From Mobula hypostoma (lineage: Eukaryota), in NCBI RefSeq assembly GCF_963921235.1, contig NC_086097.1:53570001-53634000 (forward strand): DNA of 64,000 bases, written 5' to 3'. Both the position numbers and the translations under genes were made by a program. The notes beneath the pieces were generated by a model, which did not search any database, was not told where the DNA came from, and saw only the letters and a program-made list of their open reading frames with translations. The first letter of the stretch is position 1; the number at the start of each line of letters is the position of its first letter. Positions 11,626 through 22,615 of the stretch are shown here, in pieces.

Positions 11626-14146
11626 CCTGGATGGTAGTTTGCCTCCCTGAAGCCAGGGTCCGGGATGTTTCTGATCGCGTCCAAGATATCCTGAAGTGGG
11701 AGAGTGAGGAGCCAGCAGTCGTGGTACATATAGGTATCAATGACATAGGTAGGAAAAGGGAAGAGGTCCTGAAAGGAGAATGTAGGGAGTTAGGAAGGGA
11801 GTTGAGAAAAAGGACCACAAAGGTAATAATCTCAGGATTACTGCCTGTGCCACGCGACAGTGAGAGTAAGAATGGAATGAGGTGGAGGATAAATGCATGG
11901 CTCAGGGATTGGAGCACGGGGCAGGGATTCAAGTTTCTGGATCATTGGGACCTCTTTTAGCACAGGTGTGACCTGTACAAAAAGGACGAGTTGCACTTGA
12001 ATCCGAGGGGGACCAATATCCTGGCGGGGAGATTTGCGAAGCCTACAGGGGAGACTTTAAACTAGAATGGTTGGGGAGTGGGAATGAAATTGAAGAGACT
12101 AGGAGAGAGGAGGTCAGTTCACAAATAGAGAAAGCTAGTAGACAGTGTGTGAGGGAGGATGGGCAAGGGACAAAGAATGGGAGTACACAGACCGAAGATG
12201 CAGGGGAGAAGGAAGGAAAAGATAACAAAGTTGTTTGCACCATTAGGGATAAACAGAGAGTAAGAGGTGGAGAATTTCTTAAATCCATCTATTTTAATGC
12301 TAGGAGCATTGTAAGAAAGGTGGATGAGCATAGAGCATGGATTGATACCTGGAAATATGATGTTGTAGCTATTAGTGAAACATGGTTGCAGGAGGGGTGT
12401 GATTGGCAACTAAATATTCCTGGATTTCATTGCTTCAGGTGTGATAGAATCAGAGGGGCAAGGGAGGGGGTGTTGCATTTCTTGTCAGAGAAAATATTGC
12501 AGCGGTGCTTTGGCAGGATAGATTAGAGGACTCGTCTAGGGAGGATATTTGGGTGCAATTGAGGAATGGGAAAGGTGTAGTAATGCTTATAGGGGTGTAT
12601 TATAGACCACCTAATGGAGAGCGAGAATTGGAGGAGCAAATTTGTAAGGAGATAGCAGATATTTGTAGTAAGCACAAGGTTGTGATTGTGGGAGATTTTA
12701 ATTTTCCACACATAGACTGGGAAACCCATTCTGTAAAAGGGCTGGATGGTTTGGAGTTTGTAAAATGTGTGCAAGATTTTTTTTTGCAGCAATACATAGA
12801 GGTACCAACTAGAGAGGGGGAAGTGTTGGATCTCTTGTTAGGGAATGAGATAGGTCAGGTGATGGAGGTATGTGTTGGGGAGCACTTTGGGTCCAGTGAT
12901 CTTACTGAATTTTTTGAAGAGATTACTAGGAAAGTTGACGAGGGTAAGGCAGTGGATGTTGTCTATATGGACTTCGGTAAGGCCTTTGACAAGGTTCCAC
13001 ATGGAAGGCTAGTTTGGAAGGTTCAATCGTTAGGTATTAATATTAAAGTAGTAAAATGGATTCAGCAGTGGCTGGATGGGAGACTCCAGAGAACAGTGGT
13101 GGATAACTGTTTGTCAGATTAGAGGCCGGTGTCTAGTGGTGTGCCTCAGGGATCTGTACTGGGTCCAATGTTGTTTGTCATATATATTAATGATCTGGAT
13201 GATGGGGTGGTAAATTGGGTTAGTAAGTATGCAGATGATACTAAGATAGGTGGAGTTGTGGATAATGAAGAAGGTTTTCAAAGCTTGCAGAGAGATTTAG
13301 GCCAGTTAGAAGAGTGGGCTGAAAGATGGCAGATGGAGTTTAATGCTGATAAGTGTGAGGTGCTACATTTTGGTAGGACTAATCAAAATAGGACATACAT
13401 GGTAAATGGTAGGGCATTGAAGAATGCAGTAGAACGGGGAGATCTAGGAATAATGGTGCATAGTTCCCTGGAGGTGGAATCTCATGTGGATAGGGTGGTG
13501 AAGAAAGCTTTTGGTAAGCTGGCCTTTATAAATCAGAGCATTGAGTATAGGAGTTGGGATGTAATGTTGAAATCATACAAGGCATTGGTAAGGCCAAATT
13601 TAGAGTATTGTGTACAGTTCTGGTCACCGAATTATAGGAAAGGTGTCAACAAAATTGAGAGAGTACTGAGAAGATTTACTAGACTATTACCTGGGTTTCA
13701 TCTCCCAAGTTACAGAGAAAGGTTGAACAAGTTGGGTCTTTATTCTTTGGAGTGCAGAAGGTTGAGGGGGGACTTGATAGAGGTATTTAAAATTATGAGG
13801 GGGATAGATAGAGTTGACGTGGATAGGCTTTTTCCATTGAGAGTGAGGAGATTCAAACAAGAGGACATGAGTTGAGAGTTAAAGGGCAAAAGTTTAGGGG
13901 TAACATGAGGGGGAACTTCTTTACTCAGAGAGTGGTAGCTGTGTGGAATGAGCTTCCAGCAGAAGTGGTTGAGGCAGGTTCGATGTTGTCATTTAAAGTT
14001 AAATTGGACAGCTATATGGACAGGAAAGGAATGGAGGGTTATGGGCTGAATGCAGGTCGGTGGAACTAGGTGAGAGTAAGAGTTTGGCATGGACTAGAAG
14101 GGCCGAGATGGCCTGTTTCCATGCTGTAATTGTTATATGTTTATAT
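11626..14146 (+). mobile_element. CR1 LINE, 5'-truncated and internally deleted, inserted in the chromovirus integrase
   Basis: ORF1 SGNH esterase ([19 protein letters not shown]); APE (YFNARSI, VAISETWL, GDFNFP); RT (GVPQGSVLGP, YADD). Gypsy IN resumes as GKTIIMV after 14146. Confidence 0.93.
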
Positions 14147-15190
14147 GGGAAGACTATTATCATGGTAATTAGATTAGATTAGATCAGATTAGATTATGGA
14201 TCATTGTGGATCCATAATTGCCGGTCATTTTTCAAACGCTTGCAAATTCATTGCCTTGGACAGACTTCCATCTGCAGTGGAGTTGGCCGAGATAGTCCTG
14301 CAGCAGGTCTTCAGGATCCATAGTTTCTCAGCTGACATTGTGTCAGATTGTGGTCTGCAATTTGCATCATGTTTTTGGAGGGCGTTTTGCAAACTTATTG
14401 GGGGCAACGGCGAGTCTTTCCTCTGGGTTTCACCCACAGTCCAACAGCCAGATGGAGCAGGTGAACCAAGATATGGTCTCTGAGAGAGCAAACAAGTGGA
14501 TTGACCATTTGATGTTAGCGGAGGTTGCCTGCATCTCCTTACAACATTCAGTGCATGGGATGTCTCCTTTCGAATGCCAATTTGGGTATTCTCCGCCACT
14601 CTTCCCTGAGTAGGAGGGAGAAGTTGGAGTTCTCGCAGCTGAAGATCTCGTCCGACACTGCAAGGAGAAATGGACTATGGCAAGGGAGATTCTGTTAGCT
14701 TCTACCTGGAAGGCTGAAGTAAAGGCTAACTGCAAGAAAATACAGGGACCAGTTTTGCAACCTGGGAAAGAGGTCTGGCTGTTAACTCAGGATTTGCCTC
14801 TAAGTGGAATTCAGGAAATTTGTGCCCAAGTTCATTGGACCCTTCAGAATTCTCAGGGAAGTAAACCTGATGGCCTGCACTTTGCAGATCCCCAAGACCC
14901 TCAGGATCAATCCCACTTTGTACGTTTGCAAGGTAAAGCCTGTGAACACCAGCCTGTTAGTTCCACAACCATCAGCCCCACCGTCACCCCGGTTTGTTGA
15001 TGAGGAACAGGTATTCACTCACATATTGTTTGAGGCATTCAGCAATATCTCATGGACTGGGAAGGATTCAGACCTGAGCAGTTCTGGGTGCCTGAAAAGG
15101 ACATCTTGGACCTGGCTCTCATCCATAACTACAATCATCGTCTCTCCAAGCAGCCAGGGCCATCAAGAGCCAGCCTTAGGGGAGGGGGCC

Positions 15191-15496
15191 TGTTACAACA
15201 CGCACCCATCCAACCAGCTTCTGAGGTTCAGATGCTCTAACTCCCTGGAGCGTGGATAGCTGGCGCAGCCACTTTGAAGAGTCAGGACAGTCCCGCTAAT
15301 TGGCAGTCATGTTTTGGGTGCCAAGGGTCAAGCATTTAAGGAGCACCTGTATTGAGATTCGGTGCTCAATTGTAAGCCTACTTGTGATTTTGTCTAGTGT
15401 CTGGTTTGTGCTCAGATTGATACTGTGTCTCAATCCTTGCCCCTGGGTGCTCCAGCTTTTGGGTCCAAGCCATCCTCGTCAAGGACTCTCGTCACA
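15191..15496 (+). repeat. 3' LTR of the chromovirus
   Basis: tgttacaaca...ctcgtcaca, preceded by a polypurine tract. Confidence 0.9.
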
Positions 15497-15972
15497 TGCA
15501 GGATATGCATTAAGGTGGGTGATCTTGTAGCACAGTTAGAGATTGGCAGATGACATTGTGGGTATCACAGAGTCATGGCTGAAAGACTATTGTAGTTGGG
15601 AGGTTCATATTCAAAAATACATGATCTATCAAAAGGACAAGCAGGTAAGCAGAAGAGAAGTGATTCTGCTGGTAAAAAATTAAATCAGATGTTTAGAAAG
15701 AGCTGACGTGGGATCGCAAATGTAGAATCCTTGTGGGTAGGGTGAAGAAACCGTAAGGGTAAGAAGACCTTGATGCAATTTATATACAGGCCTCCGAACA
15801 GTAGCCAGGATGTGGTCTACAAGTTAGAGTGGGAGACAGAAGAAGCATGTCAAAAAGTCATGGGGGATTCCAATATGCAAATAGATTGGGAAAATCAGGT
15901 TCAAGAGAAAAAAATTTATTGAATGCCTGTGAGATTACTTTTTGGAGCGGCTTGTCTTTGAACCCTCTAGGG

Positions 15973-16216
15973 CAGTGGTCCCCAACGTCCGGGCCGCGGG
16001 CCGATACGTTGCCGCGAAGAATGCAGCAGTGCAGCGATAGCCGGAACACACCCAGCACATCTTTAAGAAACAAGCTAATTAATTAGGTACCGCCCAGCAC
16101 CTAATTAATTAGCTTGTTTATTTTGGCTTTTTTCTTAAAGGTGTGCCGGGTGCATTTCAGCTATCGCTGCACCACAGCAATGTATCGGTCCGTGGCCCGG
16201 AGGTTGGGGACCACTG
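15973..16216. mobile_element. hAT (Charlie-type) MITE
   Basis: TIRs cagtggtccccaac / gttggggaccactg; perfect 8-bp TSD ctctaggg (15965-15972, 16217-16224). Confidence 0.92.
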
Positions 16217-17394
16217 CTCTAGGGGATCATCAGTTCTGGATTGTATTGTGCAATGAACTGACAGGATTAAGGAGCTTAAGTAATGGAACCCTTAGATAAC
16301 AGTGATCATAATATGATAGAATCCACCCAGTAATTTGAGAGAGAGAAACTAAACTCAGATGTGTCAGTATTACAGTGGTGAAAAGTGAATTGCATAGGCA
16401 TGAGAGAGGAGTTGGCCAAAGATAGTTGGAAGAGAACATTGGCAGGGATGACAGCAGAGCAGCAATGGCTGGATTTTCTGGGAGCAATTCAGAAAGCACA
16501 GGATAGATACATCCCAAAGAAAAGGCAGAAAGGCCGGATGATGCAACCTGGGTTGACAAGGAAGTCAAAGCCAACATAAATTCAAAGGAGGGGACATATA
16601 ATACAGCAAAAATTAGTGGGAAGTTAGAGGATTAGAAAGCTATAAAAAAACCAACAGAAGGCAACTAAAAAAACCATGGGGGAGTTGAAGATGAAATAAG
16701 AGGGTAAGCTAGTTGATAATATCAAAAATGATACCATTTTTTTCCCAGATATATAAGGAGTAAAAGAGAGATGAGAATAGATATTGGACCACTGAAAGAT
16801 GATGCTGGAGCGATAGTAATGGTGTATATGAAAATGGTGGACAAACTGAATAAGTATTTTGCATCATTCTTCACAGTGGAAGAGACCAGCAGGATGCCAG
16901 AAGTTCGTGAGTGTTAAGGGGCAGAAGTGAGTGCAGATGCTATTACTAGGGAGAGGTGCTTGGGAAACTGAAAGATCTAAAGGAAGATAAGTCACCTGGA
17001 CCTGATGGACTACACCCCAGAGTTCTAAAAGGGGTAGCTGAAGAGATTGTGGAGGCATTATTAATCATCTTTCAAGAATCAATAGAGTCTGGCATTGTTC
17101 CAGAGGACTGGAAAATTGCAAATGTCACTCCACTCTTCAAGGAGGCAGAAAGAAGGAAATTACAGGCCCCTTACCCTGATCTCAGTGGTTGGGAAGATGT
17201 TGAATCGATTGTTAAGGATGTGGTTTCAGTGCATTTGATGACACATGATAAAGTAGGCCAAAGTCAGCCTTAGGTCCTTGAGGGAGAATCTTACCTGACA
17301 AATCTGTTGGAGTTCTTTGAATAAATAACAAGTAAGAGAGGCAAAGGAGAATCAGTGGATGTCGTGTTTTGGGATTTTCAGAAGGCATTTCATA

Positions 17395-17830
17395 CCTTTC
17401 ATATCTCACTTTACACCGCACGCTGTCGGAGCAGAGCTGCCAGGATAATCAAGGGCACGACCCACCCAGCCAACACACTTTTCGTCCCTCTTCCCTCCAG
17501 GAGAAGGCTCAGGAGCTTGAAGACTCGTACGGCCAGATTTGGGAACAGCTTCTTTCCAACTGTGATAAGACTGCTGAACGGATCCTGACCCGGATCTGGG
17601 TCGTACCCTTCAAGTATCTGGACCTGCCTCTCGGTTTTTTTGCACTACCTTACTTCCCATTTTTCTATTTTCTATTTATGATTTATAATTAAAATTTTTA
17701 ATATTTACTCATTTTAACTATTTTTAATATTTGATATTTGTAATCCAGGGAGCGTGAGGCGCAGAATCAAATATCACTGTGATGATTGTATGTTCTAGTA
17801 CCAATTATTTGGCGACAATAAAGTATAAAG
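17395..17830 (+). mobile_element. 3' fragment of a Rex1/Babar-like LINE
   Basis: HPANTLFVPLPSRRRLRSLKTRTARFGNSFFPTVIRLLN C-terminal motif, AT-rich 3' UTR ending gacaataaagtataaag. Confidence 0.75.
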
Positions 17831-18725
17831 TGCTGCATAGGCAGCTGCTTAATGTGAGAAGAGCTCAGGGTATTACAGGAAAGATATTAGCCTGGATAGA
17901 TCAACGGCTGACTGACAGGAGGCCAAAGAGCGGAAATAAAAGGATCCTTTTTTAATTGGCCGCAGGTGACTAGTGGTGTTCCACAGGGGTCTGTGTTGGG
18001 ACTACTTATTTTTACGTAGTACGTTAATGGTTTGGATGATGAAGCTGATGGATTTGTGGCCAGTTTTGCAGACAATATGAAGATAGGTTGAGGGTCAGTT
18101 AGTGTAGAGGATGCAGAGAGTCTGCAGAAGAACTGAGACAGATTGAAGGTGGAGCTTAGGAGGAATAACGGCACCAAACGGTTACTCTTCTGCTTGCATC
18201 TTTGTAAACAGCTCCATTTCCACCTGTAGTATCTTTATTTTTCTCTTTCAGGGTTCTTCTGAAGAAGACCCTGACCTGGAATGACACGCAGGCTTCGGTT
18301 CTTTATGGGAATGGGACCCGTTCTCGGGTTTCCACGACTGGCCATTATTCAACATGCCAAGGGCTTGGCCTGACAGTCTCGATCATGTTTGGAAGCCTAA
18401 GATCTCGAGGCTCTGGAGACGGACAGATCGAGGGTAGGTGTCACAGCAGGAGACGTCATCAGGGAGGCCAGAAAATCTTTCGCTGTGGGCCCAAAGACCT
18501 GAGGTCAAAAAAAGCGATGAAATAGAGTTTTAACATTGTAAACCAGTGGGTTGTTGTCTTGTCTCCCACTCGCTGTGAAAATGGGTGGATACCGCCCTCT
18601 CTCTTATTAGGGAGAGAGGGAACCTATGGTTTGTCGAATGTCAGATAAAATGCGAAGCCTTTGGGGTAACTTCTGTCTGTGTCTTTGCTATTGCTTAGCA
18701 CACGCTTGGGCTCGGTGACAGTACC

Positions 18726-18859
18726 TGTGATGTATTGTGTGAGTATTCATAGCGTCAGAGTGCGTATGACATCAGGACATAGAGAAGTAAAAATGGAAAT
18801 CTGGTGAATAAACATGGTTGTTCAATCTACAGCGGTGTCCAAGTCACATCAATATTACA
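18726..18859 (+). repeat. 5' LTR of the second Gypsy
   Basis: Direct repeat of 25356-25489; contains aataaa. Confidence 0.95.
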
Positions 18860-18871
18860 TGGTGTCAGAAG
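18860..18871 (+). promoter_or_regulatory. Primer-binding site complementary to a tRNA-Leu 3' end
   Basis: tggtgtcagaag immediately after the 5' LTR; complement of ...cttctgacacca (tRNA-Leu CAA type, recalled). Confidence 0.75.
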
Positions 18872-19591
18872 AATCGCGAAAAAAAGGAAGAGAAGACAGG
18901 TAAAAGGTGTCACAGTTACAGCTACCGTCAAGTTTAAGCCTACAAGGTAATCTTGCTGAGAATTGGAAAATATGGATCCAGAGGTTTGAGCTGTTTTGCA
19001 CCGCTACCGGCATAGCTGAAAAGACGGAGGAAGTGCAATGTGCTACATTTCTGCATGCGGCGGGGGAAGAGGCAATAAAGGTTTGCAACACGTTTGTCTT
19101 CCAAGATGATGAGCAAGATTAAGTTGAAGTGTTGAAGAAAAAGTTTAAAGATTACTGCGAACCGAGAAAAAACCTACTGTACATCCGACACAGGTTTTTC
19201 ACGAGGGCTCAAGGACCAGTAGAGACCATAGACGCCTATGTAACAGATTTGAAGAGCAAGGCAAAAAACTGTGAGTTCGGACAACTGCATGACTCTTTAA
19301 TACGTGACAGGATTGTATACGGCATACGAGATGATCAAGTAAGAGGCAGGCTATTGAGAGAGGCAGATCTTATATTAGGAAAGGTGATTGATGTTTATCG
19401 TGCCAGTGAGATCACGTCAAGTCAGGTTAAAGTGCTCAATGAAGAGATTGAAGTGCACAAAATAAAAACTGTGAAAACTGACAAGAGTAGGACAAACAAC
19501 AGGAATTCTGCAGATGCTGGAAATTCAAGCAACACACATAAAAGTTGCTGGTGAATGCAGCAGGCCAGGCAGCATCTCTAGGAAGAGGTGC

Positions 19592-19627
19592 AGTCGACGT
19601 TTCAGGCCGAGACCCTTCGTCAGGACT
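19592..19627 (-). ncRNA. Minimal type I hammerhead ribozyme motif (Penelope pLTR)
   Basis: Minus strand: agtc CTGACGA agggtctcggcct GAAAC GTC gact. Confidence 0.75.
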
Positions 19628-19918
19628 AACTGAAGGAAGAGTGAGTAAGGGATTTGAAAGTTGGAGGGGGAGGGGGAGATCCAAAATGATAGGAGAAGAC
19701 AGGAGGGGGAGGGATGGAGCTAAGAGCTGGACAGGTGATAGGCAAAAGGGATACGAGAAGATCATGGGACAGGAGGTCCGGGAAGAAAGACAAGGGGGGG
19801 GACCCAGAGGATGGGCAAGGGGTATAGTCAGAGGGACAGAGGGAGAAAAAGGACAGTGAGAGAAAGAATGTGTGTATAAAAATAAGTAACAGATGGGGTA
19901 CGAGGGGGAGGTGGGGCA

Positions 19919-20926
19919 TTAGCGGAAGTTAGAGAAGTCAATGTTCATGCCATCAGGTTGGAGGCTACCCAGACGGAATATAAGGTGTTGTTCCTCCAAC
20001 CTGAGTGTGGCTTCATCTTTACAGTAGAGGAGGCCGTGGATAGACATGTCAGAATGTGAATGGGATGTGGAATTAAAATGTGTGGCCACTGGGAGATCCT
20101 GCTTTCTCTGGCGGACAGAGCGTAGGTGTTCAGCGAAGCGGTCTCCCAGTCTGCGTCGGGTCTCGCCAATATATAAAAGGACACATCGGGAGCAGTGGAC
20201 GCAGTATATCACCCCAGCCGACTCACAGGTGAAGTGTTGCCTCACCTGGAAGGACTGTTTGGGGCCCTGAATGGTGGTAAGGGAGGAAGTGTAAGGGCGT
20301 GTGTAGCACTTGTTCCGCTTACACGGATAAGTGCCAGGAGGGAGATCAGTGGGGAGGGATGGGGGGGACGAATGGACAAGGGAGTTGCGTAGGGAGCGAT
20401 CCCTGCGGAATGCGGCGGGGGGGGGAGGGAAAGATGTGCTTAGTGGTGGGATCCCGTTGGAGGTGGTGGAAGTTACGGAGAATAATATGTTGGACCCGGA
20501 GGCTGCTGGGGTGGTAGGTGAGGACCAGGGGAACCCTATTCCTAGTGGGGTGGCGGGAGGATGGAGTGAGAGCAGATGTACGTGAAATGGGGGAGATGCG
20601 TTTAAGAGCAGAGTTGATAGTGGAGGAAGGGAAGCCCCTTTCTTTAAAAAAGGAAGATATCTCCCTTGTCCTAGAATGAAAAGCCTCATCCTGAGAGCAG
20701 ATGCGGCGGAGACGGAGGAATTGCGAGAAGGGGATGGCATTTTTGCAAGAGACAGGGTGAGAAGAGGAATAGTCCAGATAGCTGTGAGAGTCAGTAGGTT
20801 TATAGTAGACATCAGTGGATAAGCTGTCTCCAGAGACAGAGACAGAAAGATCTAGAAAGTGGAGGGAGGTGTCAGAAATGGACCAGGTAAACTTGAGGCC
20901 AGGGTGAAAGTTGGAGGCAAAGTTAA
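19919..20926 (-). pseudogene. Penelope RT thumb plus GIY-YIG endonuclease (5'-truncated, frameshift at a poly-G run ~20415-20426)
   Basis: ORFs 20346..21008 and 19919..20812 together give INFASNFHP..FLDL..LRLRRICS..CESAGVIYC..LYIGETRRRL..PDGMN. Confidence 0.88.
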
Positions 20927-21061
20927 TTTGTCCATTCGTCCCCCCCATCCCTTCCCACTGATATCCCTCCTGGCACGTATCCGTGTAAGCGGAACAAGTG
21001 CTACACATGCCCTTACACTTCCTCCCTTACCACCATTCGGGGCCCCAAACAGTCCTTCCAG

Positions 21062-21388
21062 GTGAGGCAACACTTCACCTGTGAGTCAGCTGGGGTGATA
21101 TACTGCGTCCGCTGCTCCCGATGTGGCCTTTTATATATTGGCGAAACCCGACGCAGACTGGGAGACCGCTTTGCTGAACACCTATGCTCTGTCCGCCAGA
21201 GAAAGCAGGATCTCCCAGTGGCCACCCATTTTAATTCCACATCCCATTCGCATTCTGACATGTCTATCCACGGCCTCCTCTACTGTAAAGATGAAGCCAC
21301 ACTCAGGTTGGAGGAACAACACCTTATATTCCGTCTGGGTAGCCTCCAACCTGATGGCATGAACATCGACTTCTCTAACTTCCACTAA
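21062..21388 (+). pseudogene. Second, inverted copy of the Penelope GIY-YIG endonuclease domain
   Basis: FTCESAGVIYCVRCSRCGLLYIGETRRRLGDRFAEH..LEEQHLI..PDGMN. Confidence 0.88.
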
Positions 21389-21679
21389 TGCCCCATCTCC
21401 TCCTCGTACCCCATCTGTTACTTATTTTTATACACACATTCTTTCTGTCACTGTCCTTTTTCTCCCTCTGTCCCTCTGACTATACCCCTTGCCCATCCTC
21501 TGGGTCCCCCCCCTTGTCTTTCTTCCCGGACCTCCTGTCCCATGATCTTCTTGTATCCCTTTTGCCTATCACCTGTCCAGCTCTTGGCTCCATCCCTCCT
21601 CCTCCTGTCTTCTCCTATCATTTTGGATCTCCCCTTCCCCCTCCAACTTTCAAATCCCTTACTCACTCTTCCTTCAGTT

Positions 21680-21715
21680 AGTCCTGACGAAGGATCTCAG
21701 CCTGAAACGTCGACT
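21680..21715 (+). ncRNA. Minimal type I hammerhead ribozyme motif (Penelope pLTR)
   Basis: agtc CTGACGA aggatctcagcct GAAAC GTC gact. Confidence 0.75.
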
Positions 21716-21969
21716 GCACCTCTTCCTAAAGATGCTGCCTGGCCTGCTGCGTTCACCAGCAACTTTTGAGAGTAGGACAAAGCCGGCGCCACAGGATGAT
21801 CAAAAGGAAGTTAACTGCAACAGATGTGGTTATCGACACGGATACAGAAAATGTCCAGCCTTTGGTCAGACATGCAAGTTATGCCAGAAAAGAAATCAAT
21901 TTGCAAAGATGTGCAAATTGAAGGAGCACGCGAGGAAAATGCATGCTGTGGAACGGAGGGCAAGAGTGA

Positions 21970-22615
21970 CATGTTCATTGGCACAGTTGAAGTGGAACAG
22001 GAGGTAAGCATCAAGAAAATTGGCAATGCAGAGATGGAGGATGAAAATGGTTGGACTCAAGATCTGATAATAAACAGGAGGAATGTGACATTTAAGCTTG
22101 ACGCTGGGGCAAAGTGCAATGTAATGTCAGCAGAAACATTCAACTCACTGGACATCAGAGGAAGACTGAGAAAATCCACCTGCAAGCTTGTTGCATGTTT
22201 CGGTCACAAGACGACACCACTAGGGAAAAAAGCACTCACCTGTGTGTACAAAGGTCAAAAATACAAGATTGAGTTTGAATTAGTGCAGCAACATGTTCCA
22301 GCAATACTGGGCAAAGCAACATGCCCAAAGCTAGGCCTGCTGAAGCGAATCTATGGTGTTGAAAAAGAAAATGACATTCTCAAAGACTTTGATGACTTGT
22401 TTTCTGGATTAGGATGTTTACCAGGGAAACACCATATCCTGATTGATGCAACTATTGCACCAGTCGTGCATGCCCCGAGAAAGATTCCAGTAGCTCTCTG
22501 GGATCAAGTAGTGGAGGAGCTACACAGAATGGAGCAGATGGGAGTCATAACGAGACAAATAGAACCGACCGACTGGGTGAATAGTATGGTGACAGTGGTC
22601 ACAGAAAAAAGATGA
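21970..22615 (+). pseudogene. Gypsy protease and RT N-terminus, frameshifted relative to the downstream pol ORF
   Basis: FKLDAGAKCN (DTG-type protease site), ILG, PVVHAPRKIP, TDWVNSMV. Confidence 0.85.

Larger units (their letters stand above)
9086..15496 (+). mobile_element. Degraded Ty3/Gypsy chromovirus (sushi-like) LTR retrotransposon with internal deletion
   Basis: LTR pair 9086-9403 and 15191-15496; gag RFDSDPGSC..FELQPSRFPT; RT YLDDIIIFS; RNase [33 protein letters not shown]; chromodomain DWEGF..WVPEKDILD; PPT ggggaggggg; degenerate TSD tgtaa/tgcag. Confidence 0.92.
19497..21768. mobile_element. Penelope-like element (Neptune-type) in inverted/fold-back configuration
   Basis: 13-bp TSD agagtaggacaaa (19484-19496, 21769-21781). 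Minus arm: RT C-terminus FLDL..YYKPTD..SSHP plus GIY-YIG. Plus arm 20928-21768 repeats PCKRNKCYTC and VIYC..YIGET. Confidence 0.93.
18907..21960 (+). pseudogene. gag: Gypsy gag, disrupted by a stop (19120-19122) and by the Penelope insertion
   Basis: GNLAENWKIWIQRF..., IRDRIVYGI, and zinc knuckles CNRCGYRH..CPAFGQTCKLC resuming after 21768. Confidence 0.85.

Noticed and set aside
11448..11960. 170-aa ORF joining integrase and esterase motifs as a novel fusion protein
   Set aside because: Chance in-frame junction of the CR1 insertion into the Gypsy integrase at ~11626
19436..19919. Recurrent short ORFs (MLVNAAGQAAS.., PDEGSRPETST..) as a small-protein family
   Set aside because: These are translations of the non-coding Penelope pLTR/hammerhead repeat, also seen at 31.3, 34.7, 48.7 and 63.4 kb
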